NCBI GenBank assembly: GCA_002104895.1
Contig: MCFG01000072.1
Location: forward strand, 62,001-126,000
DNA: 64,000 nucleotides
Direction of reading: 5' to 3'
DNA from: Anaeromyces robustus
Lineage: Eukaryota
In this document: in pieces, positions 61,594 through 64,000 of the stretch
Position numbering within the stretch: the first letter of the stretch is position 1
How the letters are laid out: each line of letters opens with the position of its first letter
The notes under the pieces: model-generated
What the model saw: the letters and a program-made list of their open reading frames with translations, nothing else
Database searches by the model: none
What the model was told of the DNA's origin: nothing
Program-made: the position numbers and the translations under genes

Positions 61594-63801
61594 TATTTAT
61601 TTATTCATTTATTTCTCAATATTAATTATTATTTTTGTTTATTATTTTATTTCATATACTTTTTTAACAAATGTAAATTTCTTTAATTGTCGTTTTTTTT
61701 TTTTTGAAAAAAAAAAAAGATTTTAAGGTTAATATAAAATTTAAACTTTTATTATATAATTATTCAACATTTTTATATTTATTATTTAACGGATAAATAA
61801 AATTTAAACTTTTTAAGGTTGTTTTATTTTTGTACGATTAATTTTTTGTGATTAAAATAATACAAAATATAATAAAAAATAATATGGAAAATTAAATAGA
61901 TTAAAATGTATTATTATCATAAATAATTATATAATGAATGAAAAAAAAAAAAAATAAAATAAAAAAGGCAATTATGTTAGAAAAAAAGTGAAACTAAATA
62001 ATACAAATAAAAATAAAAATAAAAATAAAAATAATATAATAAATAAATATAAAATTAAGTAAATAAATAAATATAAAATTAAGTAAATAAATAAATATTA
62101 ATAAATATGAATGAATGAACAAATAAATAAATAAATAAATATAAAATTAAGTAAATAAATAAATAAATAAATAAAAATAAAAGGAAATTATATTATTATT
62201 ATGTGTATGATTCCTTATTTATTACTTATTTATTACAATTGTAATATATATGTAATATATATTATAATTGATATATGAAATATATTAAGTGTAATAAAAT
62301 ATATGAATAATAATTATAATTAAACATTTTATATACTATAATTATAATTATATGCATAATAATATAGAATAATATATAATAATATGTTAGTTATTATTAA
62401 CTATTAATTATTATTATTATTATTAACTATTAATTTTTATTATTATTATTATTTAGATAACATTGGTTTTATTATTACAATAATTTATAATTAGAACCAT
62501 ACGTTAAAATGTGATTTATATAATTTAAAATTAAAAAAATCATAATTTAAAAAATCGTTATTTTATTTTTTTTTTTCAAAATAAAATGAACTAATCTTAT
62601 AGTAATTTAAAATTAAAAATATATATATATATATTTTAATTTTTCCTTTTTTTTTTATACATTTTATCTTGATACGCTTAAAGATAAAAATATTTATTTA
62701 ATCTACACGTACTATCAAAGTTTTTTATAATAGATTGAGTAATATTAATGAAAAAATAAGTAAAAATTATATATTTATCTTTTTTTTTTTTTCTCTTTTT
62801 TAATTATTTGTTTATTTATAGTTCTCAATATAAAAGAGGTTATTTATTTTATTTCTAATAATAACTTTTTTTTCTTATTTTTTATACTTAATTATTATTA
62901 TATTATTTTATCAGCAACCAATATTTTAAAAAATATAATCTTGTTTATTATAAAAAAGAAAAAAAAGGTTACTTTTTAAAATTTTATTGTTATGTAATTT
63001 AATAATTTTAAAAAAAAAAAAAAAGAGCTTTTTTTATAATGATAAAGTTACATCCAAAATTATATATTAATATTAAAAAAGTAAAATCTGTAATAAAAAT
63101 TATATGTATAAAATATATTAATTATATTAATATAATATTGATGTATTGATTTAAATAACAAAAAAAAAAAGATTAATAAAATAAAATAAAATATAATAAA
63201 ATAAAATAAAATAAAATAAAATAAAAGAAATGAAAAGAATAAAATATTTATATAATAATATATATATATTTTTTTTTGTAATAGTTTAATACTAGGTTTT
63301 TCTATAGAGTATTACATTTTATTTTTTTTTTTTATTTATATTTATTAAATATTATTACCAAAGTTGTTAAATTTAATAAACAATATGAATGCTTTTTTAA
63401 TATATTAAAAAATTGTTTATAAATTAAATAAAATAAAAAAGAAAACAAAAAAAAAAAAAAAAAAAAAGTATTGGTAAATATTTTTTATTAAAAAAGTTAA
63501 TCATGTTTAATACATTCATAAATTATCCATATATTATAATAAATTTAAAATAATATTTCAAATTTAATTAAATTTTTATCTAAAAAAAAAAAAAATTTAA
63601 AAGTTTGATACATTACATTAATATGATGTGATGTATACGTTATTTTAGTGTTAAGTCTTTTTTTTTTTTTTCCTATGGATAAATAAAAAATTAAAATTAT
63701 TAATATTATATATAAGGAATTTTTTTAAATTAAAAATATATGATTAAATATTTGACATATATAAAATAAATAAATACAATATATATGATTAAATAAGTAT
63801 A

Positions 63802-63857
63802 TAAATAAATAAATAAATAGATAAATAAATAAATAGATAAATAAATAAATAAATAGA

Positions 63858-63928
<71 letters not shown>
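63802..63928. repeat. (TAAA)n microsatellite
   Basis: Direct tandem repeat. Confidence 0.93.
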
Positions 63929-64000
63929 AAAGATGATAAAAATGTTTTATTATATTTAAAGTTTATTTAATAAACTTTAATTATATTAATTATATAATAT

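Noticed and set aside
59969..64000. 4-kb gene-free tail
   Set aside because: No coding-like or structured segment detected; ordinary AT-rich intergenic DNA.

Overview
Extremely AT-rich, intron-dense eukaryotic DNA with many microsatellites. Composition and gene content fit an anaerobic gut fungus (Neocallimastigomycota); this assignment is an inference. I assembled 14 spliced protein-coding genes by hand: Rax1-like, Lcp5/neuroguidin, CatSper2-like channel, DDX41, Tim10, profilin-4-like, Pex5, eIF3g, Mpp10, PARN, ACTMAP-like protease, one orphan gene, an Ndt80-family factor and a TBRG1-like FYR protein. There is also a probable decayed LINE fragment. Highlights: (1) two genes best known from animal sperm (CatSper2, PFN4-like) lie about 6 kb apart; (2) a candidate H/ACA snoRNA in the LCP5 intron has a guide pocket matching 18S rRNA; (3) PARN ends in a CaaX motif (CIIC); (4) CatSper2 appears to need a 4-nt microexon; (5) an ACTMAP homologue is present; (6) Pex5 carries a Pex7-binding motif in a presumed anaerobe. 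Family calls come from remembered motifs, not database searches. Many ORFs in the supplied track are microsatellite or antisense artefacts.
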